DNA of 64,000 nucleotides from Octopus bimaculoides (Eukaryota). Numbering within the stretch: the stretch's first letter is position 1; every line of letters begins with the position of its first letter. Below, one piece after another: positions 39,045 to 50,799 of this stretch. Both the position numbers and the translations under genes were made by a program. The notes under the pieces are model-generated. The model did not search any database and was not told where the DNA came from. It saw nothing but the letters and a program-made list of their open reading frames with translations. The stretch spans positions 2,753,635 through 2,817,634 of the forward strand of contig NC_068986.1 in assembly GCF_001194135.2 (NCBI RefSeq), read 5' to 3'.

Positions 39045-39615
39045 GGATCTTTTTTAAAACGGGGGCCACATTTTTCATTAATGTTTTACGTAGTGTTTTT
39101 GGTACCGAAAGACTTTCAAACTTCGTATACTTATCTATTTTGTGTTATAGAATAGAAAAATATTTTTGTATTCGAATTTATTTCATGTAAAAAATTGTCT
39201 TATTTCGATAATTTCAACCAATCACTGACGTCCATTCAGCCGATATACATTAAGTGCCGACTACATAAACAAACGATTCTTCGTTTTATTTGCTTTTTTC
39301 ATTTTAAATTTGCTTTAACCCTAACCCTAACCCTAGGGTTAGGGTTAGGGTTAGAGTTAGGGTTAGGGTTAGGATTAATTGTTTCAGAATCGTTTGTTTA
39401 TGTAGTCGGCACTTAATGTATATCGGCTGAATGGACGTCAGTGATTGGTTGAAATTACAGAAATACGACAACTTTAACATGGAATAATTTATGGATTTCT
39501 TTTTTTTTAAGAAGACTAAGAGAAAAAGATGTTTTATATGACACATTCTACCAGTGTTCCAAGTTTCAAAGTGTTTCGTTAATGAAAAATGTGGCCCCCG
39601 TTTTAAAAAAGATCC
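39045..39615. mobile_element. Fold-back non-autonomous element with nested inverted repeats and central inverted telomere-type hexamers
   Basis: Outer ~36-bp TIRs (39045-39081 / 39579-39615), a perfect 72-bp inner IR (39209-39280 / 39386-39457) and a central (TAACCC)3-(TAGGGT)n tract. Confidence 0.8.
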
Positions 39616-39740
39616 TAGCCGTGTCGTATTTCTGCCCAATGATTGCAAAATGTTCTCAAATTCAAATCTCAACAAAGATTTTTAAAACAATATTATTTTT
39701 AAGAAAATGTGAATATCCAGTTCTTCACCATACTTTCACA

Positions 39741-39888
39741 TAGGGCCTGCTCAAGGCACCGGCAACTCAGGCGGTCGTACGTGGCACCATGTGTTAGGGG
39801 CCGCCAAAGAGTGCGTGACAAAGACAAAGAAATTTCCACGCCAAAGTTCAGCTTGCCCGGGGTGCCACCAACCCTAAGGCCGGTCCTG
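39741..39888. mobile_element. hAT-like MITE
   Basis: Degenerate CAGGRCCGGC-type TIRs; 8-bp flanks ctttcaca/ttttcacc match at 6 of 8 positions. Confidence 0.45.
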
Positions 39889-41099
39889 TTTTCACCTAGA
39901 TATTCATGGCATTCATGTGAGCTCACATCACTCCCAAGAGGGCGCAACTGCTCAGGTTAAGAACCACTGCGACAAAGTACGTCCAGTTGGGGCCAAGACA
40001 AAGTGAAGCACGTTATAACATATACAACAAAAACCTACAAAACCACCCGCAAAACACGATTTACATTAGGGTAGACATCAGCGGTTAGGTTCGTCTTTGT
40101 TTCACAAATCAGTATCAACCAACTACAAAACCATTTAAACTACCACACTTTGAATTACTTAAGACTTCACACGACACATCAGCATTACATATCTATGCAA
40201 TGAAACGTAATGCGTAATCGCATTAGCTCTATGCACGTAAACGGAGAGATTCGGGATAACAGGTATAAGCCCTAAAACTTCCCACGAATTTACAATCATT
40301 AATTCACTGAAGAATGCATTTCTCCTTTTAACTAATTTGTTACTTGAGTTCTTTCCCCGGAGCTATGTATACCTATATCCAAGGCCTTCTTAATTGCATT
40401 AATTGCCTCTGGGCAATTGTTGTATTTATATACTGGTTTTACATTTTGGCACAAGGCCAGCAATTTCGGGGGAGGGGTAAGTTGATTGTATCGAACCTCA
40501 GTGCTCAACTGCTACTTATTTTATCGACCTTGAAAGGATGAAAAACAAAGTTGACCTCGGTGGAATTTGAACTCAGAACTTAAAGATGGGTGAAATGCCA
40601 CTAAGCATTTTGCCCGGCGTGCTTCCGATTCTCGCAACTCACCATCTTATAATATATATTGATAGTAAGCCAAAACATACATAGATCAGAATTGGGCCTC
40701 TAGACTCGTGAGGCCCCTAGGTAACTGCCCATTGTTCCCATGCCTTAAGACAGTACTGTCTATATCCTCCATACACTTCTGTTATTTTCTCCATCACTCA
40801 TAATGTGGACGTCTAGGATGGAGGGATATTAAACCATTATTTTTGCAGGCTCTCTATGACGGTGAGATCGATGTGGCTAACATGCCATCCGAATAATAAT
40901 AATGCAGTGGTTCTCATGGCTTTTGATTTTAACTAATTGGAAGTGTTAACATACATATTTTACTTTGGAGTAAAAAATGGGCTACAGCAAATATTCTGCT
41001 CAATACCATAGATTTGTTTGTGAGTTGCTTGACCTTACCCAGTTGAACATGTCCCTTGGTGGTCAACGGTATGTGCATCTCTAATCATGAGCACAGATA

Positions 41100-41460
41100 C
41101 TAAGGGAGCTTCACAGCCATGTATTTAGAGGAATTATTTGGGGATTGACTAATGCACATCTGGAAACATGGGTGTTTCGTTCATCATCCTTAATCAACGT
41201 TTATTCAGGCACCTTTTGGGCGGGGTTGGCTACTCGACCTGAAAAAAATTCTAACAGGTTCCCCACCTGCAAAGCCATGTACTGTAAATCTTGAGATGAG
41301 GTCAACATGCCATGCATATATGATTGTGATGCATGTGCCTAGTGTGCCCTTATCAGGTGGGTTGTCATGGTGGGTATATTGGGCTTCGTATATTTGTACC
41401 CCAGCATCACTTTGATGGCATGCGCTGCTTTCTCACTCAATAACAATAATAATAATAATG
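41100..41460 (-). mobile_element. Dispersed repeat with (AAT)n tail; inverted homologue of 19660-19994
   Basis: Alignable by eye over about 300 bp. Confidence 0.65.
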
Positions 41461-42699
41461 ATGATGATGATGATAATGGGAGTCGGAGAAATGTAAGATT
41501 TTGTTGGATGGCATCTCTTGGATGCTTGTCTCCCCTGGATCTGGCTTTTGAGCAAGTTGTGTGGTCAATTTGTTTGCATTATATTGTTTTTGTTCTGGGC
41601 ATGATGCTCTTAGACTTGTGTGTTGAGGTAGTTCGTCATTGGGGCATATTTCTTCTGTGTGTGGACTTTGTGTACTATGTGTGTTCAGATTTCATGTTTA
41701 GGAAAGGGGCTATCCTAATGGGATTACTGTCGCAGATAGTGGCTCTTCTTTGAAATATTTGAGTGTAAAATATTGCATGTGTATACAGTGAGAGAAAGTT
41801 TCATCTCTAATGTTTAGAATGTTATCTGTTGATTGTATAGTGTTTAATTTTTCAGAAATACAAAGTTCACATTTGGTACCCCGTCCTCTGTATTTTTTGG
41901 CTTTAGCAATAATTTTCCGTTCTACCTGTGGGTTGCTTATTCCACCTTCCCTACCATATTTGACAGGGATGTTGCATGTTTTTTAAAATTTATTTTAGTC
42001 TCTGAATGATGCCAGGTGTTGCGTATACCTTTCCTTGAACAAGTTGCCCATCATTCCGATATACGTCTTTGCTATTCCGTTGGGGGCCGTAATCTTGGCC
42101 TTGAATACGAGTTTTTTTCTCGAGACAGTTGTTGTTGAGAGGGCAGCGGTTTAAGTTCAATCGCAGAAAGGAATTCAAAACGGCAACACATATACATACA
42201 CACATACCCATACATGCACACACTCAAATACATACCTATCAGCCACTTCTCAAAGCCAATTTGATCCAAAATTCTGACCACCATTCTTTATATATTTGCA
42301 CACAAACACACACACGTACGTACACATTCAGCTTTTCGCTTTTATTCATTACTTTATTCTTTTAATCGTCTGTCACTATTCATCTATTTTCAGTTTTTGT
42401 TTTTGAGGTTTCATTTTAGCGACACCAGTTACACATGGTACCAGGAATTTGCTTGGTATCGTCAAAGTGGAAAAAGTGTTTTTAAGTTTTCGAAAATTTG
42501 AAACAAAAAGGCAGAGATATTTTCATAGAGATGTGAAAATATGGCCACTACTTGTTAATTTCAAATTGAACTTACCAAAGATGTGGGTCTTCCAGCGTCA
42601 CGTAGTGCCCCAAGTCTCTTAACGCCCCCCCCCCATAGTACCCCTTTGCTCCAAATAGTCCCCGTTGAGAACCTTTGGTGTAAAGTATAGCCATCACTG

Positions 42700-42930
42700 T
42701 GAAGGCTTAGTGGTTAGAGTGTTGGACTCATGGTCGTAAGATTGTGGTTTCGATTCCTGGGCGATGCGTTGTGTTCTTAAACAAAATACTTCATTTCTCT
42801 TTGCTCCAGTCCACCCAGCTGGTAATAATGAGTAATCCTGTAACGGACTAGCGTCACATCCAGGGAGGAATATATACATCGGAGAAACTGAGAAACGAGA
42901 AACCGGCCCTATGCTGTTTACGGAGTAATG
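42700..42930 (+). mobile_element. tRNA-derived SINE (second family; relative at 13070-13310)
   Basis: Head TTAGTGGTTAGAGTGTTGGACTC...GGTTTCGATTCC with A/B-box-like motifs. Confidence 0.65.
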
Positions 42931-43085
42931 TGGACTAACTCCCATCGCCGGTGAATCTGACTTCTTCTCATGAACCATGTCTTTGCTAATTGTTTTTGGC
43001 ACCCTCATAACCCCTTTCCAGTCTTTACCTGGCCGAATATCGTGGATGTGACGACTGGATGAAGAGAGAGAGAGAAAGAAAGAGA

Positions 43086-43124
<39 letters not shown>

Positions 43125-43734
43125 NNNNNNNNNNNNNNNNNNNNNNNNNNNNNNNNNNNNNNNNNNNNNNNNNNNNNNNNNNNNNNNNNNNNNNNNNNNN
43201 NNNNNNNNNNNNNNNNNNNNNNNNNNNNNNNNNNNNNNNNNNNNNNNNNNNNNNNNNNNNNNNNNNNNNNNNNNNNNNNNNNNNNNNNNNNNNNNNNNNN
43301 NNNNNNNNNNNNNNNNNNNNNNNNNNNNNNNNNNNNNNNNNNNNNNNNNNNNNNNNNNNNNNNNNNNNNNNNNNNNNNNNNNNNNNNNNNNNNNNNNNNN
43401 NNNNNNNNNNNNNNNNNNNNNNNNNNNNNNNNNNNNNNNNNNNNNNNNNNNNNNNNNNNNNNNNNNNNNNNNNNNNNNNNNNNNNNNNNNNNNNNNNNNN
43501 NNNNNNNNNNNNNNNNNNNNNNNNNNNNNNNNNNNNNNNNNNNNNNNNNNNNNNNNNNNNNNNNNNNNNNNNNNNNNNNNNNNNNNNNNNNNNNNNNNNN
43601 NNNNNNNNNNNNNNNNNNNNNNNNNNNNNNNNNNNNNNNNNNNNNNNNNNNNNNNNNNNNNNNNNNNNNNNNNNNNNNNNNNNNNNNNNNNNNNNNATTA
43701 GTGAAGGACTTATTTGAAATGGATAATTAAAAGC

Positions 43735-43960
43735 AAAAGGCTGTGAGCTGGCAGAGACGTTAGCACGCCAGGTGAAATGCTCAGCGGTATTTCGTCTGCC
43801 GCTACGTTCTGAGTTCAAATTCCGCCGAGGTCGACTTTGCCTTTCATCCTTTCGAGGTCGATAAATTAAGTACCAGTTGCGTTCGGGAGTCGATCTAATC
43901 GACTGGCTGGCTGGCTCCCTCCCCACAAATTCCGGGCCTTGTGCCTACAGTAGAAAAGAA
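43735..43960 (+). mobile_element. tRNA-derived SINE of the dominant family, full length
   Basis: Head GAGCTGGCAG, B-box GAGTTCAAATTCC, core GCCTTTCATCCTTTCG; flanked by an ATAATTAAAAG direct repeat. More than 15 further copies in the window. Confidence 0.85.
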
Positions 43961-44006
43961 TAATTAAAAGAAAATAACAATTTAATAATGGTTGTTAAAA
44001 ATCCGT

Positions 44007-44012
44007 TTTATT
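44007..44012 (-). terminator. Candidate polyadenylation signal AATAAA of the secreted-protein gene
   Basis: AATAAA about 50 nt after the stop codon. Confidence 0.45.
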
Positions 44013-44060
44013 TAAGCTATTAAATAAACATAAGATTTATCTCCTAAAAAAACTTCTTCT

Positions 44061-44255
44061 CTAAGAATCACTGAACATACTTTGGGCTGTTTTTAATGCT
44101 TTCTCTCTTACAACTGCATTTAAACCGTCTATTACGAGGTTCTGTGGTCTGAAAACTATTGATTCGAACGAACCTCTAACTCCACTTGTCGATTGAACAT
44201 CTCTTACTGGATCTGACGAACTTGTTTTTGTAGCAAAGATCTGGATACGGAAAAG
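44061..44255 (-). CDS. Secreted protein exon 5, terminal (LFRIQIFA...KTAQSMFSDS*)
   Basis: t(11)ctag| acceptor, 195 nt to TAG; missed by the ORF track. Confidence 0.82.
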   Translation of the reverse strand, partial: LFRIQIFATKTSSSDPVRDVQSTSGVRGSFESIVFRPQNLVIDGLNAVVREKALKTAQSMFSDS

Positions 44256-44890
44256 CTAGAAAAAAAAAAATTATGTAAGAAAATTTAATATTAATATACA
44301 GTCAAAGCACAATTGTCGTAGCACTGAAATATAATCTTGAAACGAACACGCTGCCACCACCACCACCATCTCACAGTCATCGTTATCGTCGACGTCGTCG
44401 TCGTCATCCTCCTCTTGCTCGTTCCTGTTCTACTTCCTCCTACTGCTGCTGCGCCTCCTCTTCATCATCATCATCATCATCATCGTCGTCGTCACCATCA
44501 TCATCATCATTATCACCAACAATAACGTTATTAACACAAAAATTTCAACCACCAAATATCGCATTACAATCATAAAAAGGAATAAATTACCAAATAAAGT
44601 TATTCTATCTTTCGCAATATCCACGCGGATATAATTGAGGAAATATTTTTACACAGTACAGAAAATCTAATATCCCTAATTAATCTCGGATGAGGTTTAA
44701 CAGACCCTGTCGCTATAAAAGAGGCCTCATAACATACTTAAAAAAAAGTCATGTAATGGTTATTTGATAAGTTAATAACTTATGATACCAAACCAGAAAA
44801 GCAGACATTCAAAATAAAACTGGCAATAACAAGACGTTATAATAAACACGCACACACAGGCACACAACTACACACAAGAATACACATATG

Positions 44891-44957
<67 letters not shown>

Positions 44958-45799
44958 NNNNNNNNNNNNNNNNNNNNNNNNNNNNNNNNNNNNNNNNNNN
45001 NNNNNNNNNNNNNNNNNNNNNNNNNNNNNNNNNNNNNNNNNNNNNNNNNNNNNNNNNNNNNNNNNNNNNNNNNNNNNNNNNNNNNNNNNNNNNNNNNNNN
45101 NNNNNNNNNNNNNNNNNNNNNNNNNNNNNNNNNNNNNNNNNNNNNNNNNNNNNNNNNNNNNNNNNNNNNNNNNNNNNNNNNNNNNNNNNNNNNNNNNNNN
45201 NNNNNNNNNNNNNNNNNNNNNNNNNNNNNNNNNNNNNNNNNNNNNNNNNNNNNNNCCTTTCTTGTATCACCTAACTGTCTGGATGTTTTGTGTTCTTGTC
45301 CCATTCTGTATTATATATATATATACGAGACCTATCGCTGGTGTCGTACGAAAGCTGCATCTGTCTACTTCAAATTTGATTGAATAAATAAATTTGAAAT
45401 CGAATTTGTACTTTCCGTATTCCCGAGCGTCATACTAATATATACTTTTGTTATTTACACCACCTGTCCTCGTCTGTTGTTATTTTTTGTATATTCTCCC
45501 ATATATATATATATATATATAGTGGCCTACGTACACTTTGTCTCTTATATGTAAGTATACATTTTTCTAAATCTTGTACGACTCCATTTCTGTCTATCAG
45601 CCCCTTCACCCATATTCGTTCATTCCATTCTTCGTTCTTTCGTTCCCCCTCGCTCACATTTTCTTGCCTTCTCTTCTTGCTCACTTTCCCTCCACTTTTC
45701 ACTTCACTGTGTCTCTGTCATTTTTCTCGCCCCTCCTTAATTCTTTTGTCCCTCTGCCTCTACTTCTCTCTCTTCTCTTCCTACGTGACCGGTGTTCGG

Positions 45800-46330
45800 C
45801 CAAGCCTGATCTTTCTTTCTTAGGCGGCCGTTGTGCGTGCAACATCGATATTTCTCCCTGTGCGGAAAGCAAGCTGAGACAAGACATCTTGGTAATCCAC
45901 TGCAATCCTTAGTCATTTTGATCTGGTTTTGCCAATTGATTGGAGATGGTTACTGACGAGAGAATGAGGTTGGCTGTTTGCATCTTTTTTCTTTAAACAA
46001 AGTCACGATGCAAGCCATCAGTCATCCTTAAGAATGACTAGATGGTCCTCGTCGCTGCGACAGATGTACATGGTGGATCTTTTTTACTTCTACTATAGTG
46101 GTTTCTGCTCCTCAGAGGTGAATGTCCTTGTGTCACCTCGACTCAGGTATTTCCCACCCACTCGTCAGTCCTACTACGTTTACCCTCTCGATTTCCCAGC
46201 CCCTCCCTCACAAACCACTTCACCTAGCCTTTCCTACACACGACATCAACCTTCAGGAATTCCTCCTCTGTCTATGTTTACCACTCTTCCTCCATCAGCT
46301 TGCAGCTGTTTAACATGACGATCTCACACA
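45800..46330 (+). mobile_element. CR1-group LINE ORF2 C-terminal relic
   Basis: DLFYFYYSGFCSSEV...PPTRQS resembles the LFY.YY.G.CS.EL motif at the end of CR1/Crack-like ORF2. Confidence 0.55.
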
Positions 46331-46479
46331 TCTTGGAGGTTTGGCAAAGTTTAGGAACACAACCCTCTCCTCATCACCAAACCGTAACAAAAATTACCAA
46401 CAAAAACAAAAACAGAACAGAACAGAAACAAAACAGGAACAATAGTATATTACAGTAATAAGCTTTAAAAACTTTTTAC

Positions 46480-46710
46480 CTTGAAGTAACTCTGTTTTGA
46501 ATCTGGGTACCGGATGACACTCAAATCAACGATTGCGCTTTGAACGTAAGGTTTATTGACCAACATGCCTTCAAATCGCTGAAAGTGATCGAAAGCTGCA
46601 TTGGTTGCCGCGACAATATTCTTGAAGTCAATTTTGTTAAAGGTTGTATCTTTTAAGGCTTCATCGTCTTTGATAAGTGTGTCCTTAATCCATGTTGTAA
46701 TTAAATCATA
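46480..46710 (-). CDS. Secreted protein exon 4 (YDLITTWIK...VDLSVIRYPDSKQSYFK)
   Basis: ttttttccag| acceptor, AAG|gtaaaa donor, 231 nt. Confidence 0.85.
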
Positions 46711-47380
46711 CTGGAAAAAAAAAAGGAAAGGATTTATACTCAGTAACTTTATTTCAATATACACTGGATGTTAATGTTACGATTAATGTAAGGAGCTGGT
46801 ATCATCGTTATCGTGCCGGGTAAAATGCTTATAAGTACCAGTTGAAGGAGGGGAACTGACACGTTAGCACGTCGGGCAAAATGCTTAGTCGCATTTCGTC
46901 CATCTTTACGTTCTGCGTTCAACTTCTGCTAACGTCGACTTTGGCTTTCATTCTTTTGGGGACGATAAAATTAATGCCAGTTAAGCAGCCCGAACTTGCT
47001 GGGCTTGTGCCAAAATTTGAAAGCAATATTATGGTTACGGTTTTCTGATTTTTGTGCAAGGTCATCAATTTTGAGAGGAAAGGTTAGTCGATATCATCAA
47101 CCTCAGTACTTGACTGGTATTTTATTTTATCGACCCCCGAAAGGATGAAAGGCAAAGTTAATCTCTTGGAATTTGAACTCAGAGCATAAAGAACCATAAC
47201 CAATGCCGCAAAATACTTTTTCTATAGTTTTAACGATTCAGCCAGTTAAATATCAAAGGTAACTGTTCAGTTTAGTGATATCAAAAAGTAAATAAAAATT
47301 AAGGGGGAGATAACTAGCAAAGGGACATACATAAGTCAACATATATATTGGATATCATTTACTTTGGAATTGATCGGAAT

Positions 47381-47585
47381 GGCACGTGGAAAACCAGCGG
47401 GACCGTAATTCATTGTTCTTGAAATTGAAATCCTCAACTGTGAATCAATCTTGGAATATCATCCAATTAGCCGAATCATGAGACAAGATTCTTCAGTGGT
47501 TGGCACGGCGTCGACTAATTATGAATTTATACACGTGCGAAAATTGTAATTCGCCATGTTACCCTACTACAGTTTTTATTGCTTA
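47381..47585 (+). mobile_element. Possible Merlin/ISXO2-like transposase N-terminal relic
   Basis: DKILQWLARRRLIMNLYTCENCNSPC (CxxC) downstream of a GGCACGT terminus-like motif. Confidence 0.3.
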
Positions 47586-48274
47586 ACAGTAAGTTGACTT
47601 ATGTATGTCCTTTTACAAGTTATTTCCCCCTTAAATTTTATTTACTTTTTTAAATTTCACTAAACTGAACAATTACCAATATCAAATACTGTTTTAAGGC
47701 GGCGAGCCTACAGAATCATCAGCGCACCGAGCAAAATGCTCAATGGCATTTCGCCCGTCTTTACGTTAAAAGTTCGAATACCACCGAGGTCGACTTTGCC
47801 TTTCATCCTTTCGAGGTCGATAAAATAAGAATAAAATAAGATGAAATTATCGGCTGTGTATGTAGTTGAATCATTTATTTAAAAAATTAACAAAAATTAA
47901 AATTGTTAAAATCACAATAAAGACTCACCCCCCCCCNNNNNNNNNNNNNNNTGCACGAGACCTATCGCTGGTGTCGTACGAAAGCTGCATCTGTCTACTT
48001 CAAATTTGATTGAATAAATAAATTTGAAATCGAATTTGTACTTTCTAAAGGCTAAAAAGATTTGCAGGAAAGCAAAACATTAAACACACTTAAAAATAAG
48101 AATCTATTTTTGAAGTTAAAATAAAATTGAAAAGAAAAGAAAAGAGGAACAAATCGTCTCATAAAGCATTCTTTTGGGACGAGTCCTGGTATTCCGACAT
48201 AGACATAGATATTACTATCATATGTAGATATATGAACGTTAGACAGATATTACTAGCTCAAATCTTCGCACTCA

Positions 48275-48715
48275 TAGGGTCGGTCAGCGAAATTTTTTTC
48301 CCACGTGAGTTCCGGACTCCATAATGAACTCATTTGCATACAACCAATCAGAGCTCACCTTGAAAATCCACATACTGTGTACTACTACAGTACAGCCAAT
48401 CAGGCATAGAATGGTGTATGCCATTCTGTGAATACAGCATAGCAGGTCTCACATAGGCACCACATTCCTCTATATTGGTAACACTTATTGCATCACCGGG
48501 GAGCAGCTCTCCATTCACCTTATACACTAAATTTCACATTTGTCACCCCTATTAACCCGTTTAGAACAGTTGGTTTTTGTTATAACGCACATTTTCCACT
48601 GAACTCAGCCAGAGTATTTTAGTGATTAGGTGGACACTAGTTTGATAGTTGAGCTCTGATTAGCTGTAAGCAAATGAGATCCGGAAACTCGTGGGGAAAA
48701 AAAAAATTCGCAGTC
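48275..48715. mobile_element. TIR element, copy 1 (octamer/CCAAT-containing ends)
   Basis: ~75-bp imperfect terminal inverted repeats. Confidence 0.65.
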
Positions 48716-49184
48716 GGTTACCCGGTTTCCATGGCGTATAATTAGCCAAGAAAAGAACATTCTCTTTGAACGGGGCGCCACAAGAGTGAACTGCAGCAAC
48801 GTGAAATGAAGTATTTTGCTCAAGAACTCAAAGCACCGTCTGGTCCGGTGTTCGTGAGAGCAAAATCCTAACCACTAGGCCATGCGTCTTCTGAAAATCG
48901 GAATGTCTGGACACTCTACTTCTGATCAAAGACATTTAATATGTGACTATTTTTGTTGAGATCCATTTTTGAATTTTATGTTTTACATATTCAGAGTTTT
49001 GTCTTATGTCCAAGTGGTAAATGGCATCTAGGTTTTGTTGGATCGTGTATGAATTGTTGTTCGTCAGGTTATTATTAGGTATCACTTTAATATCATTTAC
49101 TTAGCTGCTTTGTGTGTATCACTTTAATATCGTCTGCTTAGTTGCTTTGTGCGAACGATTGTAGAATATTTTGTCTGTGTGTAA

Positions 49185-49814
49185 GGCGGCGAGCTGGCAG
49201 AAACGTTGGCACGCCGGGCGAAATGCTTGGCGGTATTTCGTCTGTCTTTACGTTCTGAGTTCAAATTCCACCGAGGTCGACTTTGCCTTTCATCCTTTCG
49301 GGGTCGATTAAATAAGTACCAGTTACGCCCTGGAGTCGACATAATCGGCTTAATCCCTTTGTCTGTCCTTGTTTGTCCCTCTATGTTTAGCCCCTTGTGG
49401 GCAATAAAGAAATAAGAAACGTTGGCACGCCGGGCGAAATGCTTAGCGATATTTCGTCTGCCGCTACGTTCTGAGTTCAAATTCCGCCGAGGTCGACTTT
49501 GCCTTTTATCCTTTCGGGGTCGATTAAATAAGTACCAGTTACGCCCTGGGGTCGATATAATCGACTTAATCCCTTTGTCTGTCCTTGTTTGTCCCCTCTG
49601 TGTGTAGCCCCTTGTGGGCAGTAAAGAAATAAGAATCGTTAGCACGTCGAGCAAAATATATTTGCGGCATTTCGTCTGCCTTCATGCTCTGATTCAAATA
49701 CCACTGAGCTTGACTTTGACTTTCATCCTTTCACGGTCGATTGAACACTGAGGTCGATGTAATCGACTTTGCTCCTCTCCCGAAATTGCTGGCCTTGTGC
49801 CAAAATTTGAAATC
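49185..49814 (+). mobile_element. Composite triple SINE flanked by a 20-bp direct repeat
   Basis: AATATTTTGTCTGTGTGTAA at 49165-49184 and 49815-49834. Confidence 0.85.
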
Positions 49815-50040
49815 AATATTTTGTCTGTGTGTAACAATATTAAGAGGAAGAAAGAAGTGTCCAGAATGGTATGTTGAAATACTCCGCAATATTACTTTTC
49901 GGACAGGGCGCCGATAGCTACTACAATTTTTTCTTCGGTCTTTCAGGTACTCAGAGACCCCAATGCGCTGGCTTAACAGGTAACCCGAGACCTCACTGTA
50001 CCAAAGTTTTTCAGCGTGCAATATAAAATTCCACGGCCAA

Positions 50041-50261
50041 CCTTGTAACAGGACTTGGTGAAATCAGGTTATACACAGTCAAACGTTGGTCCACCTTTCA
50101 TAATTCATATATGTGCGTGTTTACGTATACATACATTTATACATACGTACATGTATGTATGTATACACACACACACACACACACACACATACATGAATTC
50201 TGAAAGGTGGCCCAAGGTTTGACTGGGTATAACTTGATTTCACCAAGGCCCTTTTACAAAG
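50041..50261. mobile_element. MITE-like fold-back with a central TATG/CA microsatellite
   Basis: Arms 50041-50108 and 50193-50261 are imperfect reverse complements. Confidence 0.65.
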
Positions 50262-50799
50262 TTAAATAATGTATCGATGGATACTTTCATTCGTTTGTTC
50301 ACTTCTCCTGTTTAGTGTGTACATGTGTGAATGTGTGTTCATATTTGTGTATGTGTGTGTGTGTGTGTAAGTATTCTGCCCATAGCTTAAAAGGTGATTT
50401 TAAGCGCTCCGTTTTTTTTTGTATCTCTTCGATTACATAGATAATACTATATATACCAAACTGGTTAAACGTCCACCTCATGCACAATGCTGAAATTTCT
50501 ACTAAATAGATAAAACTGAAATTTATGTAGGAAAATTGAAAACCGATTAAATTGATTCAACGTTACACCAATAATGCCTTGGTTTCGTTTTAACATCATA
50601 AATCGGAGACCTGAATTAACCATGGCTAGTTTTATTAAATATAAACGAAATTGAAACCTACAAATAGTATGTATGTATGTATGTAATTATTCAGTTCTTT
50701 TTCAAGATTTCTTGCCAATAAAGCAAGACCCGGTTTCTAACCCAGATCCAAGGCTCCTTCATTGGAATTTCAACATCAACAGGCTATTATTGTATGTGT

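Noticed and set aside
39316-39373. Ancient telomere-telomere fusion site
   Set aside because: The orientation is (CCCTAA)n then (TTAGGG)n, the opposite of an end-to-end fusion. The tract is also very short and centred within transposon-like inverted repeats.
43741-43830. tRNA genes at SINE heads
   Set aside because: A/B-box-like motifs are present, but there is no complete cloverleaf and the sequence continues into SINE core and tail.
44175-44255. Alternative frame for the last exon of the secreted gene (FPYPDLCYKNKF...WS*)
   Set aside because: It requires phase 1, whereas the upstream exon ends in phase 0. The phase 0 frame continues the YFK-LFRIQ motif and is much longer.
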